A stretch of 64,000 bases of DNA, from assembly GCF_006345805.1 (NCBI RefSeq), contig NC_043008.1, forward strand, positions 33,108,001 to 33,172,000, in the 5' to 3' direction. The notes under the pieces are model-generated. The model searched no databases. It had not been told where the DNA came from and worked only from the letters and a program-made list of their open reading frames with translations. This DNA comes from Octopus sinensis. Lineage: Eukaryota. Positions within the stretch are counted from its first letter, which is position 1; each line of letters opens with the position of its first letter. Of this stretch, positions 11,241-22,500 are shown one piece after another. Both the position numbers and the translations under genes were made by a program.

Positions 11241-11627
11241 GAGTTAAGAAATAGAGTAGATAATACAGGGGCTGCATATGTTTCATAGCAAGCAGAACCT
11301 CAGAAGTAGTAAATATCCAAGCGAGGTATATACCACAGACTACTCTTCAGGCCAAGAGTATTTTGATTAAATGATGTTTACATTGTTGTAAGGAGGTACA
11401 TGCCAACACATGAACTTACCAGTTTAGCAAAGAGACACATTCTGATCAAATCATCCATGTGTCAACATGTACCTTCTTACAACAATGTAAACTTCATATA
11501 ATCAAACTACCCTTGACCTGAAGAGTAGCCTGAGGTATACACCTTGCTTGGATATGTACCACTTCTGAGGTTCCACTCACTATGAAACATATGTAGCCCG
11601 GATATTATTTACTTCATTCCTCAACTC
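11241..11627. mobile_element. Diverged fold-back element (arms about 11241-11412 / 11456-11627), each arm carrying a hammerhead-like motif
   Basis: Arms are diverged reverse complements; both read outward CTGAAGA-GTAG...CTAT-GAAAC-ATAT-G(T/C)A. Confidence 0.75.
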
Positions 11628-11974
11628 TTGTATTTTATTCGCATATCTGGCAACCCTGCCTGCCTACTGTGAAATATAAAACACTTTTCCAGCTTACCAT
11701 ACTTCGATATGGAAAAAAATCCACAGCCTTCTGCCTCAATGAACCATTATTGTACCTGAAAGCTGTTTTTTCTATTTTCTATGGTTTGCTTAAAGCTAAC
11801 CTTCAGCCTACACCTCAATCCTTGGATCTTACATTTATATATATATAGACACACACACACATACACACACATATCTTTGCTTCTCAATCACATGGTTCCA
11901 GGTTCAGTCCTACTGCATGGCACCTTTGGCAAGTGTCCTTTACTATAGCCTCAGGTCAACCAAAGCCTTCATCA

Positions 11975-12290
11975 TCATCATCATCATTTAATATCCATTG
12001 TCTATGCTGGCATGGGTTGGGCAGTTTGACCAGGACTGGTAAGCTGGAAGGCTGTACCAGATTCCAGTCTGATTTGGCATGGTTTTTGACTGGATGCCCT
12101 TCCTAATGCCAACTCCTCTGAGAGTGTAATGGGTGCTTTTACATGCCACTGACATGGGTGCCATTTACATGACACCGGTATGTACCATGAGTGCAATTTT
12201 GCTCGGCTTGATGGGTCTTCTTCTCAAGCGCAACATAATGCCAAAGGTCTTGGTCATTGCCTCTGTGAGTGGATTTAGTAGACAGAAGCT
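11975..12290 (-). mobile_element. RTE-LINE 3' end fragment nested in a SINE
   Basis: (ATC)n tail, ggatgcccttcctaatgccaac core, ORF2-end remnant; SINE sequence on both sides. Confidence 0.7.
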
Positions 12291-13647
12291 GAAAGAAGCT
12301 TATTATAGGTGCGTGCGTGCATGTGCGTGCGTGCATGTGTGTGCGTATCTGTCTGTCTTTGTGCCTGTCTTTGTCCCCCACCATTTCTTGACAACTGGCT
12401 GCTGTTAGTGTGTTTATGTTCTTTTAATTTAGCAGATCAGCAAAAAGAGACTGACAGAATAAGTGCCAGGAAGTACTGGAGTTGATTCATACAACTAAAA
12501 GCTCTTCAAGGCAGTGCCCCAGCATGGCTGCAGTCCAATGACTGAAACAAGTAGAAGATAAAAGGTATATTTAGAAGGTTGTTTGTTATGGCCAGTGAGA
12601 GAGTGGCCAGTGAGAGAGTGGCCATTAGTTTTGCACCTATGAGGCACTTAGTTATGTAGGTGACTCACCAGACCTATGTATGTAAGTATGTATGTATGTA
12701 CAACAAACTTCTTTCTGTTTCAGTCTCCCAAATACACTCACAAGGTTTTGGTCAGCTTGGGGCTACAGCAGAAGACACTTGCCCAAGGTGTTGTGCAGTG
12801 GAGCTGAACCCAAGACCACATGGTTGTTGGGAAGCAAGCTTAAGCACAAAACTGCAGCTGCAACTGTAAATATCTAAGATAAAAACAAAATTAAAAGGGA
12901 ATTTTGCACCAAACTCATGAACATGACATTGAATGATATCCAACATACAAAAGCATTATAATGGAGACACAAGGTGTGGAGAGAAAAATAACGAGAGAAA
13001 AACCACTCCATAGCCAATACCTTGCAAAACATGACAGAGGAAGTAAGTCATAGAGAAAATCAACAATGGTTCAATACCTCTGGTCTACAAGCAGAAATAG
13101 AAGCTCTAATTTTTTTTGCACTGGACCAATACCAAGCCACAAATAATTACAGCAGGTGGCACATAAAAAACACCATTTGAGGGTGGCCGTTGTCAGCACT
13201 GCCTGACTGGCCCTCGTGCCGGTGGTACATAAAAGCACCCACTACACTCTCAGAGTGGTTGGCGTTAGGAAGGGCATCCAGCTGTAGAAACTCTGCCAGA
13301 TCAGATTGGAGCCTGGTGCAGCCATCTGGTTCACCAGTCCTCAGTCACATCGTCCAACCCATGCTTGTATGGAAAGCAGACGTTAAACGATGATGATGAT
13401 GAATGAAAGATTATTATATGAAGTGAAGACTACGTAACCAGTATGATGAGATGATTGGCCACATTGTTCCAGTTTTCCAACTCTCACTGTCATCAAGTAT
13501 ATTCCCAAACATGAAATCAGTAGCCATGTCCACTATGAAATATACTACAGGCAGGATTTGAACTTGTAAAGACATGAGATAAATACCACAAAGGATAATA
13601 TCCAACCCACTGATTATTCTGCCAATCCACCACCTTATACTAATAAT

Positions 13648-13968
13648 AACAAGAGCACTCACAGAGCGCAAACCTCCATCAAGGCAACACCAACGTCCTC
13701 TCAACAATTAGCCAGAGATGATTTTTGAAATGAGAATATCCGAAATAAACTCGACTGTTCTCACAAACAAGAATACTAAAAATAAACCCGACCGCTCTCA
13801 AAAAAAAGTACCAGATTGAGCCCAAAATCAAATCAGCTCGTGCCAGTCACAAGGCCAAACATCCCTAAAAGTTTCATTCAAATTCATCCGGTGGTTCTTG
13901 AGATATCTTGTCCACAGACAAACAAACATGAGTGAAAGCAATACCTTTTCTTTTGTTGCGGAGATGAT
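13648..13968. mobile_element. Helentron-associated (HINE/DINE-like) non-autonomous element
   Basis: aacaagagcactc...acctccatcaaggc at one end and gcggaga(t) at the other, resembling sub-terminal inverted repeats; second copy at 35.45-36.32 kb. Confidence 0.5.
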
Positions 13969-14239
13969 GATGATAATAATAATAATAATAATAATTACTT
14001 ACTTTTTGAATAGAGATAGAGATATTGTGTTAAACTGAGCTTCCATTGATTGAATAGTGTCTATTTCAGTAGGGCTAAGGTTGAATTTCAGAATAGCCCT
14101 CACAGTGATAAAACAGGTTCTTAAGGGCTAGAATCAAATAAAAATTCATTATTAGTAATAGCAGTAGTACTGTTGCTTTCATAAAGACTGAGTATTTTCA
14201 ATTGTCTGTACTATATTTACAGTCTGTACTATATTTACA

Positions 14240-14478
14240 GGCGCAGGAGTGTGTGTGTGTGTGTGTTTGTGTGTCTGTGTTTGTCCCCCTAGCATTGCTT
14301 GACAACCGATGCTGGTGTGTTTACGTCCCCGTCACTTAGCGGTTCGGCAAAAGAGACTGATAGAATAAGTACTGGGCTTACAAAGAATAAGTCCCGGGGT
14401 CGATTTGCTCGATTAAAGGCGGTGCTCCAGCATGACCGCAGTCAAATGACTGAAACAAGTAAAAGAGTAAAAAAAGAG
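14240..14478 (+). mobile_element. tRNA-derived SINE with internal deletion
   Basis: ggcgcaggag head fused directly to the (TG)n and 3' half. Confidence 0.75.
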
Positions 14479-14559
14479 TATCAAGTAGTACTCGTATCAA
14501 GAATATAATCTCTTCTAACATGAGCTACTAGAGGCCTTTACAATCATTTCAAATGTCAG

Positions 14560-14830
14560 GTCGCAATGTCAGTAAAAGGTCTGTCCTGGTGAAAAAGCAC
14601 AATCTTGACATATCTAGGACCACATCCCAAACACTGCCTTTCTCTCCAGGGACCAGAAAATATTTCAAACCCTGGCAATTACTGGTATTCTACAAAGATC
14701 AGGTGAAATCCACAGTGGAGTGTTGCTCCTATATTTGGGACTGGACTGAAATGACTGGAATGGGTGTTTGAACGCTAGCAATCTGGAAGGCTGACTAGAT
14801 ATTGAACCTGTTTTGGTGGCGGTATTTTCT
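14560..14830 (+). mobile_element. CR1/Jockey-group LINE RT C-terminal remnant (related piece inverted at about 18430-18610)
   Basis: FYKDQVKSTVECCSYIWD resembles the LYKAQVRPxMEYCSHIW motif. Confidence 0.55.
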
Positions 14831-15730
14831 GGCACAAGAGACAAACACCCATGCATATGCACGGAAATATATACATACAAATAGTGAGAGAGAGAGAGAA
14901 AGTGGAGAGGGGAAAGAGAGAGAAAAAGAAAGAGAGAGAGAAAGTGGAGAGGGAAAGAGAGACATTGCAATTTACTGCACCAGGCTCCAGTCATCTGTTT
15001 TGATTTGGTTTCTACAGCTTGATGCCCTTCCTAACAACTTTACAGAGTGTGTTGGGTGTCTATCATGTGTCACCAGCACTGGCTACAACCATGATATCAC
15101 TTAACTTGACGTGTCTTCTCAAGCAGAGCAAATCACCAGAAATCGCAACCACTTGTCATCAACTCTGTAAGACTCAACAACCAAAGATCACATTTCACCA
15201 CCTCATCCTATGTCTTCCTGGGTCTACCTCTTCCACAAGTTCCCTCTACAATTAAAGATTGGCACTTCTTTATGCAGCTGTCCTCATCCAGAGAGTGGGG
15301 TGGAAGAGAGAAAAGGAAAGAATGAGTAAAACATTAAAATATTTGATGTCAAATTAGTCAGCATTGAATCTGCAATGCCAAATAGCTGTGCTAAAAGGTC
15401 ACATATCCATCTGGGACATTGCTGCTACACACACACAGATGAGGGTTGGTGACAGAAAAAGCATCCAGCTATAATAAAAAACCTGCCTAAACAAATGCTG
15501 TCTGACTCATGCAAGGATAGAAAAGTGGACATTAAATGATGATGATACATTGGTCTCAAATTTTGGCATAAGGCCAGCAAGTCTGAGACGGGGGCAAGTC
15601 AATTTTATCGACCCATGAGAGGACGAAAAGCAAAGTCGACCTCAGCAGAAATTGAACTCAAAACATAAAGATGAACTAAATGCCACTAAGCATTTTGCCC
15701 AGCAAGCTAACAATTCTGCGAGTTTGTCAC

Positions 15731-15897
15731 CTTAATGATGGTAATATATTGGTTTTAAACTTAAAGATATCTTCTTTTAAAATATTTACAATGTGCAACA
15801 AGGTCAAAATGATTGACCTTTTGGCACACTGGAGCACATAATTGTCTGAAATAAAGTTGGAATAGTCAAGGCTGAAACATTTTTGATTACAGGTTTG
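15731..15897 (-). CDS. CTC1: CTC1 exon 13 (acceptor uncertain: 15897 in phase; 15871 and 15845 stronger but out of phase)
   Basis: Donor TTA AG|gtgaca (phase 2) joins exon 14 as R-SSEQ; open frame ...DNYVLQCAKRSIILTLLHIVNILKEDIF...; see finding on the phase problem. Confidence 0.72.
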
Positions 15898-15929
15898 CTT
15901 GAATAAAGCTGTCCTTGGGCTAAACAATA

Positions 15930-16610
15930 TCATCATCATCATCATTTAACGTCCATTGTCCATGCTGGCATGGGTTGGACAGTTTGACTGGGCTGGCACG
16001 TTGGAAGGCTGTGCCAGGATCCAGTCTGATTTGGCATGGTTTTCTCTGACTGAATACCCTTCCTAATGCCAACTACTCTGAGAGTGTAATGGGTGCTTTT
16101 AGATACCACTGACACAGGTGCCATTTGTATGACACTGGTATGTACTATGACTGCGATTTTGCTTGGCTTGAGGGGTCTTCTTCTCAAGCACAACATAATG
16201 CCAAAGGTCTTGGTCATTGCCTCTGTGAGGCCCAACACTCAAAAGGAGCTCAGCCACTTTGCTCCATGAGGCCCAACGCTCAAAAGAAACTTAATCATCT
16301 TGCCTCCATGAGGCCTGTTTGAAAAAAACTCAGCCACCTCGCCTCCATAAGGTCCCAACACTCAAAAGGAACTCAGCCACTTTGCCTCCATGCAGCCCAG
16401 GAGATCGGCCACTTTGCATCCATGAGTCCAAATGCTTCAAAGGAACTCAGCTACCCTGCCTCTGTGAGGCCCACTCAAAAAGAACTTAGCCACCTCACCT
16501 CCATGAGGCTCAACACTCAATAGGAACTCAGCCACTTTGCCTCCATCAGGCCTAATGCTCGAAAGGTACATAGCCACTTTGCCTCCATGAGGCCTGACAT
16601 TCAAATGCAC
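15930..16610 (-). mobile_element. RTE-LINE 3' end with an amplified about 42-bp unit at the ORF2 C-terminus
   Basis: Tail and core at 15930-16230; about 9-10 units of gaggcccaacactcaaaaggaactcagccactttgcctccat at 16229-16610. Confidence 0.75.
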
Positions 16611-16651
16611 TGAAAACTGAATAAACTTCAAATAAATAAAATGTTGCTCAC

Positions 16652-16732
16652 CAAAATACTGGAAGTCATTTGAGTAAACTTCAACACTTTAATACAACTT
16701 CTGGCACAGCAATACAGTCTCACTTGGTTTTC
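16652..16732 (-). CDS. CTC1: CTC1 exon 12 (81 nt, phase 0-0)
   Basis: tcttcttctgttgtag|GAA ... ATT TTG|gtgagc; only frame 0 is open; VRLYCCARSCIKVLKF resembles recalled PVLAPCLRGAVLLQSF. Confidence 0.85.
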
Positions 16733-18145
16733 CTACAACAGAAGAAGACACTCGCAGAAATGACAATGATTGGCGTCCTCATTATATTCTTGTTTTCCTT
16801 TTAACACTTATTATTATACTAGCTTAAAAGACGCACTCCTTGCAGACTTTTAAGCTAGCTCCTGTGAAGGGCAAATTGGGCCTGAGGCCCAAAACTAAAG
16901 AGAGCTAAATAGCAGGACTATAATACATCTATAATGACGTTATGTCCCAGTGGTATTTCATCAGATGAGAATTAATTCTCTAATGCAATCATTCTATTGC
17001 TCCAGTTCCAGTCTGAATTCCAGCTGTTGGCTAATTTGTCCCATAGCTCTTATCTCAACATAAAATTAATGAAGCGAATGTCATTTATCTCCCCCTTGAT
17101 CTCTGATGTCATCTGACAAATGCCAACCTAGGCGTGAATCAGCCAAGCTTTACCTGCTAGAAATAGCAACCCAAATGCTTTTAAATCAGATCCTAATGCT
17201 GGATGTTCAAGAATCAAATGAAGGGCAAATTTTCAATCCCGGGATCACCCTGATTCCAAAAAGTTATAATAAGTCTGTTTAGAACAAACGTAGACTGAGA
17301 TACATGGGTATCAGATGGACACACAGAATTTCACTTTTGTTATTAAAGATTTTAATCTAGGAAGGAGAATATGAGACATTTTGGAACACTTGTATGGTGT
17401 CACTGATTCAATGCTGCCTTACTTGACATTAACTCTTTAGCATTCAGATTATTCTGTCAACTGTAATGATATTTATTTACATTGCTTTGAATTCATCATG
17501 CATTATCTCAGTTTTAAAATTTTGATGATTTGATTGTTTATTTTTAGGATGACATTGTAGGGTTGATGTAAGAGCAGATTCAGGTTGTTTGAATATAAAA
17601 TAGGTCAAATATTTGGGCCAGATATGGCTGGTTTCAATGCTGAAGGGATAAAGGTTTAAATCCCTCTCTCTCTCTCTCTTTCTCTTTTTCTCTGTTTATG
17701 TGTGTGTGTGTGTGGACATATTTCTTTTTGTGTGTCTGAGGAGATGGAAAGTCTTTATGTTTATTGTGTTCAATAAAGAAATTGTAATGTGCATGACTCT
17801 CTCTCTTTTTCTCTCTCCCCTTCTTTCTCTTTCTCACTCTCATTCCCTCTCTTTCCTTTTTTCTGCCCCTCCTTCATTCTCTCTATCTCTCTTTGCGACC
17901 CTCCCTCTCTCCTCTCTCTCCCTTTCCTCTCTTTATGTGTATGAAGAGAGGAAAAATGTTTGTGTCAATTGTGTTCAACTGATAAATTATCTCTCTTTCT
18001 CTCTCTTGATGTGTGTGAGCATATTTCTTGATGTGTCTTTATGTGCAGGAGGAGAGGGAAAGTGCTCATGTCAACCATGTTCAATTAAGAAATTCTAATA
18101 ACTTTCTCTCACTCACTCACTCACTCACTCATTCACTCTCTCTTT

Positions 18146-18177
<32 letters not shown>

Positions 18178-18184
18178 CACTCTC

Positions 18185-18231
<47 letters not shown>

Positions 18232-18697
18232 ATATGTATATATTTCCGACACATGCATGTGTACAAGTGTGTGTGTGTATGTGTATGTGTGTGTGTGTGT
18301 AAATGTGTGAGCATGTGAATGTATGTATGTGTACACGTGTGCATATGTACATGTGTGTATGTGTGAGTGTGTGTGTGTGTGTGTGTGCGCGCGCGCGCGC
18401 GCATATGTGTGTGTGTGTTTACATCCAGTATCAAAAAGTACTGTTGCTGAAACAGGTTCAGTGTCCAGTCAGCAGCGCCAAATATCCAGCATTCAAACTG
18501 CCACACCCAACAGTCTCACTCTGCTGGAATGAGGGGAATATTCCATCACATCTTGCAGGCCTTCAGACCTTCCCAAACAAGTGTGATTTACAGCTCCTGT
18601 AGATCTGCTGGAATTGGGAATATGCAATGACCAAACAACAGCTGAAGGGGAAAAATAAAGGAAAATGAATAAATAAAAACAGCCAAATATAACTTAC

Positions 18698-18797
18698 CTT
18701 GCCAAAATACTTTCGGTGAACATTGGAAACTTGGAGTACAGTGCCAACTCGAAAAGGTTTGTAAATTACAAAAGCCAAATTATACAACAAGTACAGT
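18698..18797 (-). CDS. CTC1: CTC1 exon 11 (100 nt, phase 2-0)
   Basis: tttgtctttccag|A CTG ... GGC AAG|gtaagt; RVGTVLQVSNVH resembles recalled human RPGVCLQLQDVH. Confidence 0.88.
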
Positions 18798-19096
18798 CTG
18801 GAAAGACAAATTGATAGTAACAATGCATAGATCTCTGATACATTAGGGTAACAGGCTCACTGTATTCTTGTACTCTAAGTAGTATTTTTTATTCATCAGG
18901 TGCAAACTTGTGAGAATGCCTCGTGTTTCCACAGGTTTTGGTTCATAAATACTGTATGTGTGTGTGTGTGTGTGTAGCAACTACTGCAATAACAACATTA
19001 CTAAATAAGATGCCTCAATGTGAGGGCATCAGCAACAACAACAACAATAGTGTAAATAACAGTTCATAAAAGGTTTGTCCTGACAAGTGTTCTTAC

Positions 19097-19152
19097 CTAA
19101 TTGAGTCTTCCAGAATAATAACTCCATCAGCTGTACAACCTGTTATTTCACC
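19097..19152 (-). CDS. CTC1: CTC1 exon 10 (56 nt, phase 0-2)
   Basis: tttttccataactttag|GGT ... ATT AG|gtaaga; GEITGCTADGVIILEDSIR resembles recalled [21 protein letters not shown]. Confidence 0.85.
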
Positions 19153-19245
19153 CTAAAGTTATGGAAAAAGACACACATATATATATATATACATAAATAG
19201 ATAGATAGGTAGGTAGGTATGTAGGTAGGTAAGTAGGTAGGTAGG

Positions 19246-19303
<58 letters not shown>

Positions 19304-19676
19304 TAGATAGATAGATAGATAGATAGATACATATATGTGTGTGTGTCCATAAGTATATATGTGAAGATGTATAGCCTAGTCATTAGGGCGTTGCACTCTT
19401 GATCATTTCATCATGGTTTCAATTTTTGGAGCAGGTGATGTGTTGTGTTCCTGAGCAAAATCACTTTATCTTACATTGCTCCATGATCACTTCAACACCT
19501 GACATGTAGCTCACCATGCACCAGTTCAGGCAACATGAATTTGATGGAGGATTGACGGAGTAAGATTAATGTACAGCAAAAACATTTGATTGCTTTAAAC
19601 AAATCCTTTGTGCAGGTTGTTCAGTATTAAATTGCTAAACCATCTCTCTTGGACTACAAGGGACTACCATCATATT

Positions 19677-20077
19677 TACTCTTTTACTTGTTTCAGTCAT
19701 TTTGACTGCGGCCACGCTGGAGCACCGCCTTTAATCGAGCAACTCGACCCCAGGACTTATTCTTTGTAAGCCCAGTACTTATTCTATCAGTCTGTTTTGC
19801 TGAACCGCTAAGTGACAGGGACATAAACACACCAGCATCGGTTGTCAAGCAATGCTAGGGGGACAAACACAGACACACAATTTACACGCACACATATATA
19901 TATATACATATATATGACGGGCTTCTTTCAGTTTCCGTCTACCAAATCCACTCACAAGGCTTTGGTCGGCCTGGGACTATAGCAGAAGACACTTGCCCAA
20001 GGTGCCACGCAGTGGGACTGAACCCAGAACCATGTGGCTGGTAAGCAAGCTACTTACCACACAGCCACTCCTGCGCC
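19677..20077 (-). mobile_element. tRNA-derived SINE, full-length young copy
   Basis: ggcgcaggagtggctgtgtggtaagtagc head through gactgaaacaagtaaaagagta tail. Confidence 0.9.
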
Positions 20078-22289
20078 TATATTTATATATATATATATAT
20101 ATATACACTGATAGACAGATACATGAAGACATGTAGAGATATACTATTCATTTGTTCATTCCATTTAACATGTTTTTCAAGTAAGGAACTTTTTTTACAT
20201 TTATGTACTTAACAAAAAAAAAAAGATTTTACCATCCCCAAATATAACAATATGGATTTTTTTTTAATTCTAGAGGAATTCAAAAGTACAGTGCTAATGG
20301 CTGATCTGATAGTAAGAGATGCCAACAAATGTTACCAGTTGCTCCCCACCTACAAACAGTTGTATCATCTTCTCTAGGGAAACTCAAAACAGTGATGCCG
20401 TTGTTAGTAGTCATAAGTGAATGTAGTTTTGCAAACATTCAACAGACACACAGATGCTCAAATACATACATGAACACTTTTGCATAGATGCATATCAAAG
20501 GTTCTCAACGAGGGCCATTTGGAACCGAGTGGGTGTTTTGGAGCAATGGAGCACTAGAGGGTGTTAGGAAACTTGGGGGTGCTAGGAGGGGCGGTGGAAG
20601 ACCCTCGCCTTTGGTAAGCTTAATTTCAAATTAATGAGTAGTAGCCATATTTTCACATCTGTGATAGTTTTAAAAAACCATGCCTTCTTGTTTCAAATTT
20701 TCAAAAACTTAAAAAACACTTTTTTCACTTTGATGACACCAAGCAAATTCCTGGTACTATGTGTAACTGGTGTCACTAAAGTGAAACCCCCAAAACAAAA
20801 ACAAAATCTAAAAACAGATGAATAGTGACAGACAATTAAAAGAAAAAAAGAAATGAATAAAAGCAAAAAGCTGAATGTGTGTGTGTGTGTGCAAATATAT
20901 AAAGAATGGTGGTCAGAATTTTGGATCAAACTGGCTTTTGGGAGTGGCTGATAGGTATGTATTTGTGTATGTGTGTGTATGTATGGGTATTATGTATGGG
21001 TATGTGTTGCTGTTTTGAATTCATTTTGCGATTGAACTTAAATTGACCCCTGGCTATTAAAGACCCAATCACACACATACACACACACACTAACACACAC
21101 ATTTTAGGTTTTGTACCTATTTGAACTGTGGCTATACACCAGATAATGTGATAAGTTTTATGTTCTGAAATTTAAATTTTGAATTTGTTTTAATTATAAA
21201 ATTACACCCCAGCTAAAACCACATCTTTTGACTTTGGAAAACAGAACCTTTTCTTTCTCTTTCTATATTTTTTGTCAAGTTAGAATTTCTCTGTTTTGGT
21301 CAGGATTTTCCAATTTTCTGTATTAAGCAATGGACAGAAACATTTTTAAAAAATTAAATTCATAGAGCCAAACAAAATCAAAAATATTAATTTTAATCAT
21401 AATTATGGAGAGGAATAAACATTTTCTCTTTCTTTAATGCTAACAAGAGCATAGCATGAGGGAGATTTGGCTGTTATTTCTAACAAATTGAATAACCACA
21501 CAGAGAGTACCTCACTGGCTCATTTGTTGATGTGTATAAGTAAACAAAAACTAAAGAAACAACAAATATTAGCAAACACACACACGTGTGTGTGTGTGTG
21601 TGTGTGTGTATGCATATATATATTTCGCCCCAGTATTCCATAAGTAAATACCCAGAGCAATCTTTATAGAAACCACCTAATTAAGTAAATAATTAAGTAC
21701 AGGAATGAATATTAAACTAATTCCATGTAATCTTCCCTTTCTAATGTTGAAAATTGGTATATATATACACAGTTTATCTATTATGGTTATAATATCATTT
21801 TTAGTAATCTTAAATTTTATCTTTATACTACATAATATTTATATACAATCAGCCATAATACCCCATGATAATTCCCTATGTATTAACATCATAAGTTTTA
21901 TTGGCATCTTGCCCCTTTAACTGGTAATTAACATCTTGATTTGAGGTCTTACCCTACCCAGCCTCCTTTATAGACAGTACTTGTAAAAATCCTAAAATCC
22001 TGACAATATTTATGACCATTAACTGTCAACTCACTCCTCCCCTCCATTCTAAACAGACACTGTCCTCTAGCCTTAGATTTGGTAGTTGATAAAAAAAAAC
22101 TAAAAAATTAAAAATAAACCACAATCCTTTACAAGCTATGACCCCAACGAACTTCATACAGTTCTAGAAGTGTAGTATATTCTTAGCTGCTTTAGTAGCA
22201 ACATGGACTCTTTCCTTCTTCTTGCTCTGTTAGAGAATTTGAGTAAAATTATATTAATGTGTCCAACTGATTAAAAATTCTATTTATTT

Positions 22290-22379
22290 ATGTGGCTGAA
22301 GATAGCCCTGCATTTAAACTGATGTAATGATTGCATTGTTCAATTAAATTGAGCTGCGCTTGAAACGGTCGTACTGCAT
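22290..22379 (+). ncRNA. Hammerhead-like motif with extended helix II
   Basis: ATGTGG-CTGAAGA-T-AGC...GCT-T-GAAAC-GGTC-GT-A-CTGCAT; 6-bp helix I (two G.U), self-complementary ACGGTCGT helix III. Confidence 0.45.
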
Positions 22380-22500
22380 CACCTCTTGATATATTGTTGC
22401 TTATTTTGATTTTGTTCACCTTACTTTGAGTTGTATGGATAATACCACACTGACTTGGTGCTTCAACTTAAATACCTAATTCAACTGAATCTCAATTATT

